A stretch of 64,000 nt of DNA from an uncultured Clostridia bacterium (GTDB lineage Bacteria > Bacillota > Clostridia > TANB77 > CAG-508), in the NCBI GenBank assembly GCA_944389225.1, contig CALXLP010000003.1, positions 31,206 to 95,205 of the forward strand, written 5' to 3'. Positions 10,601-17,898 of this stretch are shown piece after piece; the stretch's first letter is position 1, and each line of letters starts with the position of its first letter. The notes beneath the pieces were generated by a model. It was not told the DNA's origin, made no database searches, and was given only the letters and a program-made list of their open reading frames with translations. Made by a program: the position numbers and the translations under genes.

Positions 10601-12843
10601 ATCGATTAACTAGTTGGAATAATAATCCAAGTTTTGATATTCCATCAGAAATTATCTATGTAAAAGATATGGATACAAAGGAGAGTTGGTCTTTGGGATT
10701 AAACCCAATGCCAGATGATAGAAATTATAATGTTGTCTATGGTTTTGGTTATTGTAAATATATTCATAGTCGTTTAGGAATAGTGCAAGAATTAGAAATG
10801 TTTGTTCCAAGAGAAGATAGTTGTAAAGTGGGGATTTTAAAACTAAGTAATAAAACACCAAATCGAAGACATCTGAAATTATATTATTATATTAAACCAG
10901 TGATTGGAGAAGATGAAATTAAAACATCTGGAAATATTAGCATTCGATTTGATAGAAATAGTAATACTGTAATAGCATGTAACTTATATGCTAGTGAAAT
11001 AGACAATACAAAATTATATATGTCATCTAGTGAAAAAATAAAAAGCTATACAGGAGATAAAAAATTTTTCTTAGGAAAAAATGGATTATCCAATCCAGAT
11101 GGTATCAAAAAACTTAAGCTAAATAATAGTAATGCCATTGGTAGAGATGCCTGTATTGTATTAGAAATTGAAGTAGATATTGAAAGCTTTTCAAATAAAG
11201 AAATTTCTTTTGTTTTAGGAGCAGAAGAAACAATGATTGATTGTAAAAATATAGCATATAAGTATAGCAAAATACAGAATTGTAGACAAGAATTAGAATA
11301 TGTAAAAAATGATTGGAAGGACTTATTGGGAAAACTTCAGGTATATACGCCATTAGAATCAACCAATATTTTACTAAATGGTTGGTGTATTTATCAGACA
11401 TTAGAAAGTAGGCTTTTAGGAAGGAGTGGATATTATCAATCAGGAGGTGCTTTTGGATTTAGAGATCAATTGCAAGATACCATTGCTTTAAAATATATTT
11501 CACCAGAATTTTTAAAACAGCAAATTATTAAACATAGTAAACATCAATTTGAAGAGGGAGATGTAGAACATTGGTGGCATGAAGAAACAGGTAGAGGAAT
11601 TCGTACAAGATTTTCAGATGACTTACTATGGTTACCATATCTTGTATTGCAGTATGTTCATTTTACAGGAGATACTAGCATCTTAGAAATTGAAACACCA
11701 TATTTAAAAGGACCAATTTTAGAAGAAGGGATAGATGAAAGATATGACCAATATCCACAAAGTGAGATACAAGAAAGTATTTATTTACATTGTATTAGAG
11801 CAATAGAAAAAAGTTTTAACTTTGGAGAAAATGGATTACCGAAAATTGGTAGTGGTGATTGGAATGATGGATTTAGTACAGTAGGAAATAAAGGTAGAGG
11901 AGAAAGTGTTTGGTTAGGATTTTTCTTATATAATATCTTAGATGAATTTATTCCGATATGTGAAATGATGGAAAAGAAAGAAGATAAATTTCAAAAGGAA
12001 GAAGTTGAAAATCGAAGTGCAACATGGAGAACAATCAAAATACAATTGAAAAAAGCATTAAATACAAATGGATGGGATGGTAGATGGTATAAAAGAGCGT
12101 TTATGGATGATGGAAATGTATTAGGTAGTATGGAAAATGATGAATGTAGAATTGATAGTATTGCACAAAGTTGGAGTATCATATCAAAAGCAGGAGATAA
12201 TGATAAAAAATATATTTCGATGGAAAGTTTAGAAAACCATTTAGTGGATAAAGAAAATGGTATTATAAAATTATTAGATCCACCATTTGAAAAAGGACAT
12301 TTAGAACCAGGATATATTAAAGCATATTTACCAGGTGTTAGAGAAAATGGAGGACAATATACACATAGTAGTTGTTGGGCAATTATTGCAGAAGCTTTAT
12401 TAGGATTTGGTGATAAAGCCTTAGAATTCTATCGAATGATTAATCCAATCGAACATGCGAGAACAAAAGATGCTAGTAGTAAATATAAAGTAGAACCATA
12501 TGCCATTGCAGCAGATATTTATGGAGCTGGTAATCTAGCAGGAAGAGGTGGTTGGACTTGGTATACTGGTTCAAGTAGTTGGTATTATACTGCAGGAATC
12601 GAATATATATTAGGTTTAAAAATAAAAGAAGGATATTTAACGATAGAACCATGCATTCCAAAAGATTGGAAGGAGTATCTAATGAGATATAAATGGAAAG
12701 ATAGTATTTATAATATAAAAGTTATCAATCAAAATCAAAAAAATACGGGAGTAGAGAAAGTATTATTAAATGGGGAAGAGGTTGAGAATAAGATTAAATT
12801 AGATGGAAGTAATAAAGTATGCAATATTGAAGTAGTTATGTAG
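4606..12843 (+). CDS. Cyclic beta-1,2-glucan synthase-like giant protein (GT84-like glycosyltransferase, TM segments, central alpha-barrel-like region, C-terminal GH94 phosphorylase-like domain)
   Basis: 2745-aa ORF with a TTG start 10 nt after AGGAG. GT motifs 'VITLDADTEL' and 'VLSHDLLEG' are flanked by multiple TM stretches. The C-terminal GH94-type motifs are 'GFRDQLQD', 'GSGDWNDG' and 'GVRENGGQYTHSSCW'. Confidence 0.85.
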   Translation: MKTNKILKIDGTILDKKQLENHLQKIASNHNLVNKPSKETYPIPQLIENYETIKSVYNLLNEHVKLGITTHPAGEWLLDNFYIIEETVKQIQKELTLKKYMNFLGIANGRYKGFARIYVLAAEIVAYTDNKIEKEDLEDYLASYQEKKTLSMEEIWNIGLFLQIAIIENIREICEKIYSSQIQKMKAENIVQKLIEIPQGNKESHIYHLKNVKKDMLNDVKYPFIEYMSYILKRYGKKGYRFLKILDEIVEMTGTTVQEVIKKEHFDIAVKKVSIGNSITSIKTIQRINFLEIFEKINGVEEILKQDPANVYDKMDNDTKDDYRNVIKEISKKTKISEIYIAKKILQLAKDSKDNEKKKHIGYYIIDKGIEKVYQELECKVPKHMPEKTKQKLYIATNIILSIVLSLVFSSILNLYIRNVGIYLLSFFILWIPSSEIVTQIIQYILSKVVKPKPIPKMDFSKGIDEKHACMVVIPTILKNKQKVEEFMHKLEVYYIANKSENLYFTLLGDCSESTMKEEKWDNEVIETGMQLVEKLNKKYVVESEFPIFHFIYRKREWNEKENCYLGWERKRGMLTQFNEYLLGNEENPFRVNTIEEYKDCIPKIQYVITLDADTELILNSAFELVGAMAHILNKPVIDEGKNIVIEGHGIIQPRIGINLDISYKTIFTQIFAGAGGIDSYTNAISDLYQDNFGEGIFTGKGIYDLKVFSKVLKDAIPENTVLSHDLLEGCYLRCGLATDIILMDGYPCKYNSFMNRLSRWIRGDWQIISWLKGKVNSKIGEIQNPLNCLSKYKIFDNLRRSLIEIMVIISFILFVILGKVYQFEMYSLIIISMIPVVMPYILEVFNTMLVKKEGEHKQKKFSPRISGYKGIGLRILITIGVLPYKAYVSCAAIVKTLYRKWISHKRLLEWMTSEEAEKQAKNNMISYIKQMWFNIALGILSLGLALTNKGFGDFIIQTMLGILWIFTPFIMWYISKEKKEVKAIEKLNKTEIEYVLEIGRKTWQFFKQYITKENNYLMPDNYQEDRKQKIVARTSSTNIGLSILAIVSSYDLQYETLPDTIDLLYKVLTSVDSLQKWNGHLYNWYDTKTKEPLRPRYISTVDSGNFVGYLYVTKAFLEEIQEILQSHNMLFPEQNIQDKEEMIILQNQIQEMLEIIKRTINQTDFTCLYSQEHQIFSIGYNIEENKLTDSYYDLLATEARQASLVAIAKKDIPSKHWNHLSRTLTVLGKYKGLISWSGTAFEYLMPNMNIPKYKGSLLDESCKFMMMSQMKYAEEMHLPFGVSESAFNLKDLQSNYQYKAFGIPWLGLKRGLADEMVVSSYASILAITDIPKEVVRNLKVLEQYGMHHKYGFYESLDFTPERVRKGKEAEVVKTYMAHHQGLILLSINNLINQLILQKRFTKNPEIQAVTILLQETMPEKAIITKEDKEKVEKLKYKDYEDYIVRTYTKIDERLISGNVISNENYMVAMNQKGEGVSKYKNIYVNHFKRTDDDTQGIIFYIKSIKNKQIISSSYSQNIKNENQYQVRFMPDKNEQEIISGNIKVRIKTTVASNEPVELRRLILENSGNEEEIVELTGYFEPILAPKEQYYAHPAFNNLFLVYEYDEKNEAIIVKRKKRELGEKEVYLTTTLHASREDRIGDLEYEIEEEKFIGRGNLKISKMVKDSLPFSKKIGLVTEPVVAMKRTVKIKKQEKVVIDFILSVEEEKEQALQNLEKYTSFENVKNEFELSKARVEAETRYLNMKGKDIEIYQKMLSYIVFDDSVKSVEKEKINHTQVYKQSDLWKYGISGDLPIILVKMKNANDVQGLKEVLKAYEYFRTKNVETEIVIMDEEKYSYENYVREEIDSTILNQHMGYLKNIKGGIFILNEEEMDKQDITFLEFISVITIDCAKGNLENNLKEIEETYLENYKEISEEENMNQFVEENTEDINILKDTEKLKYYNEYGAFSEDGKEYWMCVNKEKRLPTVWSHIMANEKFGTIVTENMGGYSWYKNSRLNRLTSWNNNPSFDIPSEIIYVKDMDTKESWSLGLNPMPDDRNYNVVYGFGYCKYIHSRLGIVQELEMFVPREDSCKVGILKLSNKTPNRRHLKLYYYIKPVIGEDEIKTSGNISIRFDRNSNTVIACNLYASEIDNTKLYMSSSEKIKSYTGDKKFFLGKNGLSNPDGIKKLKLNNSNAIGRDACIVLEIEVDIESFSNKEISFVLGAEETMIDCKNIAYKYSKIQNCRQELEYVKNDWKDLLGKLQVYTPLESTNILLNGWCIYQTLESRLLGRSGYYQSGGAFGFRDQLQDTIALKYISPEFLKQQIIKHSKHQFEEGDVEHWWHEETGRGIRTRFSDDLLWLPYLVLQYVHFTGDTSILEIETPYLKGPILEEGIDERYDQYPQSEIQESIYLHCIRAIEKSFNFGENGLPKIGSGDWNDGFSTVGNKGRGESVWLGFFLYNILDEFIPICEMMEKKEDKFQKEEVENRSATWRTIKIQLKKALNTNGWDGRWYKRAFMDDGNVLGSMENDECRIDSIAQSWSIISKAGDNDKKYISMESLENHLVDKENGIIKLLDPPFEKGHLEPGYIKAYLPGVRENGGQYTHSSCWAIIAEALLGFGDKALEFYRMINPIEHARTKDASSKYKVEPYAIAADIYGAGNLAGRGGWTWYTGSSSWYYTAGIEYILGLKIKEGYLTIEPCIPKDWKEYLMRYKWKDSIYNIKVINQNQKNTGVEKVLLNGEEVENKIKLDGSNKVCNIEVVM

Positions 12844-12929
12844 ATAATAAAAAATAATTTTCAATAGTCACAAAAAAATAATTCTCTCATATATATAGTA
12901 ATAAAAGCTATAAAGGGAGGATTATTTTT

Positions 12930-13610
12930 ATGGCAAAAATATTAGTGTTTAATAATGACACAGATAGAATGGAAACTTATTATAGAAATGAAGCTGACCC
13001 AATGCCATATAATACAAATGGAACACTAAGAGTAAGAGAATTTAGAGGTTCAAGTAAAAGTAATATATTGTGGACAACAAAAAGAACTATGCAAAGTTGG
13101 AATAGTCAAAGATATATTTTTGGAGGACCAATACCAGTAGGATTTGCTTTTAAAAGACCATATGAAGGTGGACATGGAAACCAAAGTCAACATTATGCAG
13201 GAGTAGCCTTTGATGTTGGGCAAACATTATCAGCAGAGAGAAGGAGAGTACTTTGGAACAGTGCCAATAATTCAGGAGTATGGACATATGTAGAGCCAAT
13301 TTCTTTGACACCAACATGGGTACATTTTGATAAACGATTTGGATCTCCTGCTTGTAGTACAGGAGGTTTTCCACAATTAAAAAGAGGAAGTTTAAGTAAT
13401 TATGTTCTAATTGCACAAGATGATTTAAATACATTAGGATATCGTACAAACGGATTGGATGGTATCTTTGGTCCGGCAACACAAAATGCTGTAAGAGAAT
13501 ATCAAAGAAGAAGAGGATTGGCTGTTGATGGAATTGTTGGTTGTAATACATGGCGTTCACTTCAAGAAGAAGTGGTAGGAACAGGTGCAACAAGTACAAC
13601 GATTAATTAA
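12930..13610 (+). CDS. Peptidase M15 (zinc D-Ala-D-Ala carboxypeptidase-like) with a C-terminal PG_binding_1 domain
   Basis: 'SQHYAGVAFD' (SxHxxGxAxD) and 'WVHFD' are metal-ligand motifs. The C-terminal 'LGYRTNGLDGIFGPATQNAVREYQRRRGLAVDGIVGCNTWRSL' is a peptidoglycan-binding repeat. Confidence 0.8.
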   Translation: MAKILVFNNDTDRMETYYRNEADPMPYNTNGTLRVREFRGSSKSNILWTTKRTMQSWNSQRYIFGGPIPVGFAFKRPYEGGHGNQSQHYAGVAFDVGQTLSAERRRVLWNSANNSGVWTYVEPISLTPTWVHFDKRFGSPACSTGGFPQLKRGSLSNYVLIAQDDLNTLGYRTNGLDGIFGPATQNAVREYQRRRGLAVDGIVGCNTWRSLQEEVVGTGATSTTIN

Positions 13611-13613
13611 TCA

Positions 13614-13647
13614 AAAAGACTATTTCTAACAAAGAAATAGTCTTTTA
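13614..13647 (+). terminator. Rho-independent terminator
   Basis: Stem AGACTATTTCT / AGAAATAGTCT with loop AACAA, followed by TTT. Confidence 0.75.
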
Positions 13648-13686
13648 TCATATATGGAGAATTTTGTGATAATAGTCGTAAATTAA

Positions 13687-13715
13687 TTGACAAAAGAACA
13701 AAAGTTTGATAGTAT
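13687..13715 (+). promoter_or_regulatory. Sigma-A-type promoter
   Basis: TTGACA (13687-13692), a 17-nt spacer with TG, then TAGTAT (13710-13715). Confidence 0.45.
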
Positions 13716-13744
13716 ATAGCAAATAAATAGAGGTGAAATTTAAA

Positions 13745-14779
13745 ATGAACAATAAAAATTTATATATAAGAAGTAGTTCAGCAGAATTTCTAATATTTGA
13801 ACAACAGAAAAAAGAACATGGAATTGAAGTGCGTTTTGAAGATGGAGACTTATGGCTTACTCAAAAAGCATTGGGAGAATTATTTAATACTACAAGAAAT
13901 AATATAACTATGCATCTTCAAGATATATATAGTAGTAATGAACTTGACGAAATTTCAACTAGTAAGGATTTCTTACTAGTTCAAAAAGAGGGAAATAGAG
14001 AAGTAAAAAGAAAAGTAAAGTATTACAATTTAGATGCAGTAATTTCTGTTGGATATAGAGTAAATACAGATAGAGCAATTCAATTTAGAAGATGGGCAAC
14101 AAATGTATTAAAAGAGTTTGCAAAAAAAGGATATATTATAGATAAAAAAAGAATGGAGAATGGCACATTTTTTGATGAGGATTATTTCGAATCATTACTT
14201 GCAGAAATTAGAGAAATAAGAGTATCAGAAAGAAGATTTTATCAAAAAATAACAGATATATATGCGACCGCTATTGATTATGATAGTAAATCTCCCACTA
14301 CAATTAAATTTTTCAAAAAAGTCCAAAATAAGATGCACTATGCAGTAACGCATCAAACAGCAGCAGAGATAATTTATAATAGAGCAGATCATACGAAAGA
14401 ACATATGAATCTAACGAATTGGAAAAACTCTCCTAATGGTAAAATAATAGAAACAGATGTAGTTATTGCTAAAAATTATTTAAAGAAAGAAGAACTAGAA
14501 CAATTAGAACTTATCGTTTCAGCTTTCTTAGATTTAGCAGAAGCAAGAGCAAAAAGAAATATTCCAATGACGATGGAAGACTGGGCAAACAGAATAGACA
14601 AATATTTATTATCAGATGATAGAGATGTATTAAAAGATGCAGGTGAAATATCTCACGAAATAGCAAAAGAAAAAGCGTTAACAGAATTTGAAAAGTATAG
14701 AGTTGTACAAGATAAATTATACAAATCTGACTTTGATAAATTAATGGAAAGTAGTGAAATTTATAGAATATTAAAATAA
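13745..14779 (+). CDS. RhuM-family (virulence-protein RhuM-like) protein
   Basis: 'IEVRFEDGDLWLTQKALGELFNTTRNNITMHL', 'YYNLDAVISVGYRVNTDRAIQFRRWATNVLKEF' and 'RVSERRFYQKITDIYATAIDYD' are characteristic RhuM blocks. ATG 13745 sits after the SD AGAGGTG; the ORF track starts at GTG 13733. Confidence 0.8.
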   Translation: MNNKNLYIRSSSAEFLIFEQQKKEHGIEVRFEDGDLWLTQKALGELFNTTRNNITMHLQDIYSSNELDEISTSKDFLLVQKEGNREVKRKVKYYNLDAVISVGYRVNTDRAIQFRRWATNVLKEFAKKGYIIDKKRMENGTFFDEDYFESLLAEIREIRVSERRFYQKITDIYATAIDYDSKSPTTIKFFKKVQNKMHYAVTHQTAAEIIYNRADHTKEHMNLTNWKNSPNGKIIETDVVIAKNYLKKEELEQLELIVSAFLDLAEARAKRNIPMTMEDWANRIDKYLLSDDRDVLKDAGEISHEIAKEKALTEFEKYRVVQDKLYKSDFDKLMESSEIYRILK

Positions 14780-14814
14780 AAATTGACAGAACGGTATAAC
14801 AAGTAATAGAAACG

Positions 14815-14856
14815 AAAAGAAGTGTTCAATACTAAAGTGAACACTTCCTTTTTTTG
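14815..14856. terminator. Bidirectional rho-independent terminator
   Basis: Stem GAAGTGTTCA / TGAACACTTC (14819-14828 / 14838-14847), with an A-run before and a T7 run after. Lies between convergent genes. Confidence 0.8.
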
Positions 14857-14858
14857 TT

Positions 14859-15239
14859 TTAAGCATCTTTATAATTACCACTTTTTTCTTCTTGCATTTT
14901 TACAAGTTGTGTTGTTAATAAATAAACAACTTCTTTATTATAATTATTCAACTTTAAGTAAGCTTCTAAAAACTTATCATCTACTAAATCATTCAAAGAG
15001 GAAGCTTGATTGTCTATTAAATCATCAAAAAGAAAATTAGAACTAATATTTAGTGCTTTACAAAGATTGATGATAGTTGTAGCACTTCCAAAAGCAATAC
15101 CTCTTTCTAATTGACTAATATATCTTGTTGATAAAGAGAGTTTTTCAGCTAATTTTTCTTGTGTGTAGTTTGTTCTAGATCTAGCTAATTTGATTTTTCT
15201 ACCAATATTTTTTCTTAAATATTTTTCATTACTATCCAT
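14859..15239 (-). CDS. XRE-family helix-turn-helix transcriptional regulator
   Basis: 'YTQEKLAEKLSLSTRYISQLERGIAFGS' is an HTH_3 motif. 126 aa. Confidence 0.8.
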   Translation of the reverse strand: MDSNEKYLRKNIGRKIKLARSRTNYTQEKLAEKLSLSTRYISQLERGIAFGSATTIINLCKALNISSNFLFDDLIDNQASSLNDLVDDKFLEAYLKLNNYNKEVVYLLTTQLVKMQEEKSGNYKDA

Positions 15240-15404
15240 AGACTTTCCTCCATATTAATTTGTATAAAAGTATATCAATTAGAAAAATAAAATAGAACGA
15301 ACTTATAATTAGAGAAAAATGATAGCTAAGAACTAACTATTCATAAGAAATTAAAAAAAATAAATAAAAAAATCAAAAAAATATAAAAAAATTTGTAAAA
15401 ACTA

Positions 15405-15433
15405 TTGCAAAATCAAAAAAGTTATATTAGAAT
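15405..15433 (+). promoter_or_regulatory. Candidate dcw (mraZ) promoter
   Basis: TTGCAA (15405-15410), a 17-nt spacer, then TAGAAT (15428-15433). Lies immediately upstream of the AAGTGG boxes. Confidence 0.4.
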
Positions 15434-15440
15434 TTAGGTG

Positions 15441-15466
15441 AAGTGGAGAGAAGTGGTACAAAGTGG
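15441..15466 (+). promoter_or_regulatory. Candidate MraZ operator: three AAGTGG direct repeats at exact 10-bp spacing
   Basis: AAGTGG at 15441, 15451 and 15461 (AAGTGGAGAG AAGTGGTACA AAGTGGTGGA), 29 nt upstream of the mraZ start. Confidence 0.6.
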
Positions 15467-15494
15467 TGGAAAAAGGAAATGAGGTGGAAGACCA

Positions 15495-15920
15495 TTGCTA
15501 ATTGGTGAATATGAGCATTCTCTAGACGCTAAAGGCAGATTAATCATGCCAGTAAAATTAAGACAAGATATGGGAGAAAAGTTCATCGTAACAAAAGGGT
15601 TAGATGGATGTTTATTTGCTTTTTCACAAGAAGAATGGTTGAACTTTGAAACAAAATTAAAAGCATTACCTCTTTCTGATAAAAATGCCAGAAACTTTGT
15701 AAGATTTTTCTTATCAGGTGCAACAGAATGTGAAATAGACAAACAAGGAAGATTTTTAATACCAAATAATTTAAGAAATGCAGCAAATCTAGAAAAAGAA
15801 GTCGTTATCATCGGTGTTGGGACAAGACTAGAAATATGGGATAAAGGCATTTGGGAAAAATGTGATGAAGATATATCAGCAGATGAAATAGCTGAAAACA
15901 TGGCAAACTTAGGTATATAA
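15495..15920 (+). CDS. mraZ: Transcriptional regulator MraZ
   Basis: '[22 protein letters not shown]' plus a second SpoVT-AbrB repeat '[17 protein letters not shown]'. TTG start after the SD GAGGTGG. Confidence 0.9.
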   Translation: MLIGEYEHSLDAKGRLIMPVKLRQDMGEKFIVTKGLDGCLFAFSQEEWLNFETKLKALPLSDKNARNFVRFFLSGATECEIDKQGRFLIPNNLRNAANLEKEVVIIGVGTRLEIWDKGIWEKCDEDISADEIAENMANLGI

Positions 15921-15940
15921 CTTGAAAAAGTTTATATAGA

Positions 15941-16190
15941 TACAAAAGACAAAAATACAAAAGATAAATATAAAAGATACAAAAGATAAAGTGAGAAGAA
16001 AACAAAAGATAAGTATACGAAAGATAAAAATACAAAAGCTTTAAAAAATACAAAAGATAAATTTTTTAAAGTACAAAAGATTCTAAGATACGAATCATAA
16101 AATAAAAAAATACAAAAGCATAAAAGAACAAAAGAATTCGTGAAAACAATTTGAAACCCAAAAGAAAAAAGACAATATACAAAGATAAAG
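15941..16190 (+). repeat. Array of about 12 same-orientation TACAAAAGATAAA-like motifs in the mraZ-rsmH spacer
   Basis: Copies start near 15941, 15956, 15978, 16001, 16016, 16031, 16049, 16072, 16111, 16127 and 16176 (15-23 nt apart). A 10-bp-stem hairpin follows at 16191-16220. Confidence 0.7.
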
Positions 16191-16251
16191 ACAACTGGTA
16201 GTTTTCTAATTACCAGTTGTTTAAGCATAATAAAAAATAAGAGGTGTAAAA

Positions 16252-17181
16252 TTGAAATTTGAACATAAACCAGTCTTGCTACAAGAATGTATAGAAGGAT
16301 TACAGATAAAACCAGATGGAATATATGTAGATGGCACAATGGGAGGAGCAGGACATAGTATAGAAATTGTAAAAAGACTATCAAGTGAAGGAAAATTAAT
16401 TGGAATTGATAGAGATGAAGAAGCTTTAAAAGCTTCAAAAGAAAGGTTATCAGAATATAAAAATGTGACATATATTCATGATAATCATGATAATATAAAA
16501 GAAATATTACGAAAAATTGGAATGAATCAGGTAGATGGAATTTTACTAGACTTGGGTGTTTCTTCTTATCAATTAGATGAAAGAAATAGAGGTTTTAGCT
16601 ACTTAGGTGAAAATGAGCTAGATATGAGAATGGATAAAAGCCAAGAATTGACAGCTAAAAAAGTTGTTAATTATTATTCTGAAAAAGAATTAGCAAATAT
16701 TATTTATGAATATGGAGAAGAACGATTTTCAAGACAAATTGCTAGAAATATTTGTAATTACAGGAAAGAAAAGACAATTAATACAACAAAAGAATTAGTA
16801 GATATTATTGAAAAATCCATTCCAAAAGCAAAACAAAATGATGGACATCCAGCCAAAAGAACATTTCAAGCAATTAGAATAGAAGTCAATAATGAAATTA
16901 AACCATTATATAATACAGTAAAAGATTGTATTGATTGTTTAAAACCACAAGGAAGATTATGTATTATTACATTTCATTCTTTAGAAGATAGAGCAGTCAA
17001 AAATGCTTACATAGAAGCGAAAGGAAAATGTACTTGCCCAAGTGATTTACCATATTGCGTATGTGGAGCAAAAACATTAGGAAAAATAATTACCAAAAAA
17101 CCAATTATTGCAACAAAAGAAGAACAAGAAGAAAATTCTAGAAGTAAAAGTGCAAAATTAAGAATTTTTGAAAAGATATAA
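16252..17181 (+). CDS. rsmH: 16S rRNA (cytosine1402-N4)-methyltransferase RsmH
   Basis: '[13 protein letters not shown]', '[12 protein letters not shown]', '[11 protein letters not shown]' and 'ITFHSLEDR' motifs. TTG start after GAGGTG. Confidence 0.9.
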   Translation: MKFEHKPVLLQECIEGLQIKPDGIYVDGTMGGAGHSIEIVKRLSSEGKLIGIDRDEEALKASKERLSEYKNVTYIHDNHDNIKEILRKIGMNQVDGILLDLGVSSYQLDERNRGFSYLGENELDMRMDKSQELTAKKVVNYYSEKELANIIYEYGEERFSRQIARNICNYRKEKTINTTKELVDIIEKSIPKAKQNDGHPAKRTFQAIRIEVNNEIKPLYNTVKDCIDCLKPQGRLCIITFHSLEDRAVKNAYIEAKGKCTCPSDLPYCVCGAKTLGKIITKKPIIATKEEQEENSRSKSAKLRIFEKI

Positions 17182-17210
17182 ACAAAAGTGAAGAGGAGGT
17201 GAGATAACCT

Positions 17211-17708
17211 ATGGCAACAAGATATCAATATGAGACAAGCCCAAGAAAATTAGAACCAGATATTCGAAAAGAAAAGAAAAAACAAAATATTAAAGTAGTA
17301 AAAGACTTGCCAAAACAAGATATTAAATTATCAAAAGAACAAAAGAAAAAACATAAAAAAGCAACTTTATTAGTTATTGCTATATTTGCTGTACTATTTA
17401 CCATAAGTTATCGAAACACTCAAATCAATGAAAAGTTTAATGAAATACAGAATTTAAGAACAGAGTTGTCTTCTTTACAAAAAGAAAATGAACAATTACA
17501 AGTGACGATAGAAAATAGTTTAAATTTAAGTAATATAGAAAAACAAGCAAAAGAAAAATTAGGTATGCAAAAATTAACCAATAAACAAACTGTATATGTA
17601 AGTTTACCAAAGAAAGATTATATTGAATCTGCAACAGAAAAGGTAGAAGTTAGCAATAATAATGAAAATTGGTTTCAAAAATTTGTAGATAAAATTTTTA
17701 ATAGATAA
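17211..17708 (+). CDS. ftsL: Cell division protein FtsL-like (septum formation initiator)
   Basis: Position after rsmH. Basic N-terminus, single TM 'ATLLVIAIFAVLFTISY', then coiled coil 'LRTELSSLQKENEQLQVTIE'. Confidence 0.7.
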   Translation: MATRYQYETSPRKLEPDIRKEKKKQNIKVVKDLPKQDIKLSKEQKKKHKKATLLVIAIFAVLFTISYRNTQINEKFNEIQNLRTELSSLQKENEQLQVTIENSLNLSNIEKQAKEKLGMQKLTNKQTVYVSLPKKDYIESATEKVEVSNNNENWFQKFVDKIFNR

Positions 17709-17729
17709 TTATATAATAAATATAGAATT

Positions 17730-17841
17730 AGTCAGTAGTATACATTTTAATATTTTTCAATACCTTGTGTGTCGCAATCACTTCGTTCGTTTAATCGCTT
17801 ATGCGGTATTTAAAAAAATATTAAAATGTATACTACTGACT
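17730..17841. repeat. 112-bp palindromic element (perfect 28-bp arms)
   Basis: AGTCAGTAGTATACATTTTAATATTTTT (17730-17757) is the exact reverse complement of 17814-17841. The stem is extended by AATACC/GGTATT. The 40-nt loop is comparatively GC-rich. Confidence 0.8.
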
Positions 17842-17865
17842 ACTTTTATATAGGAATAAAAACAA

Positions 17866-17898
17866 ACACCTCTAATACATATTATTAGAGGTGTTTTT
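17866..17898 (+). promoter_or_regulatory. Terminator-like hairpin that sequesters the PBP Shine-Dalgarno
   Basis: 12-bp stem ACACCTCTAATA / TATTAGAGGTGT (17866-17877 / 17883-17894), then TTTT, then ATG at 17899. The SD AGAGGTG lies inside the 3' arm. Confidence 0.6.

Noticed and set aside
14822-15040. 72-aa + strand ORF
   Set aside because: It is antisense to the XRE regulator and starts inside the bidirectional terminator.
15941-16190. Possible CRISPR array or iterons of a replication origin
   Set aside because: The units are only about 13 nt with irregular 2-10-nt gaps. There are no unique spacers of CRISPR size, no cas genes, and no DnaA-box-like or Rep gene context.
15932-16471. 179-aa minus-strand ORF spanning the mraZ-rsmH spacer and the rsmH 5' end
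   Set aside because: It is the translation of the A-rich repeat array on the opposite strand (Leu/Phe/Tyr low complexity). It overlaps the well-supported rsmH and has no SD.
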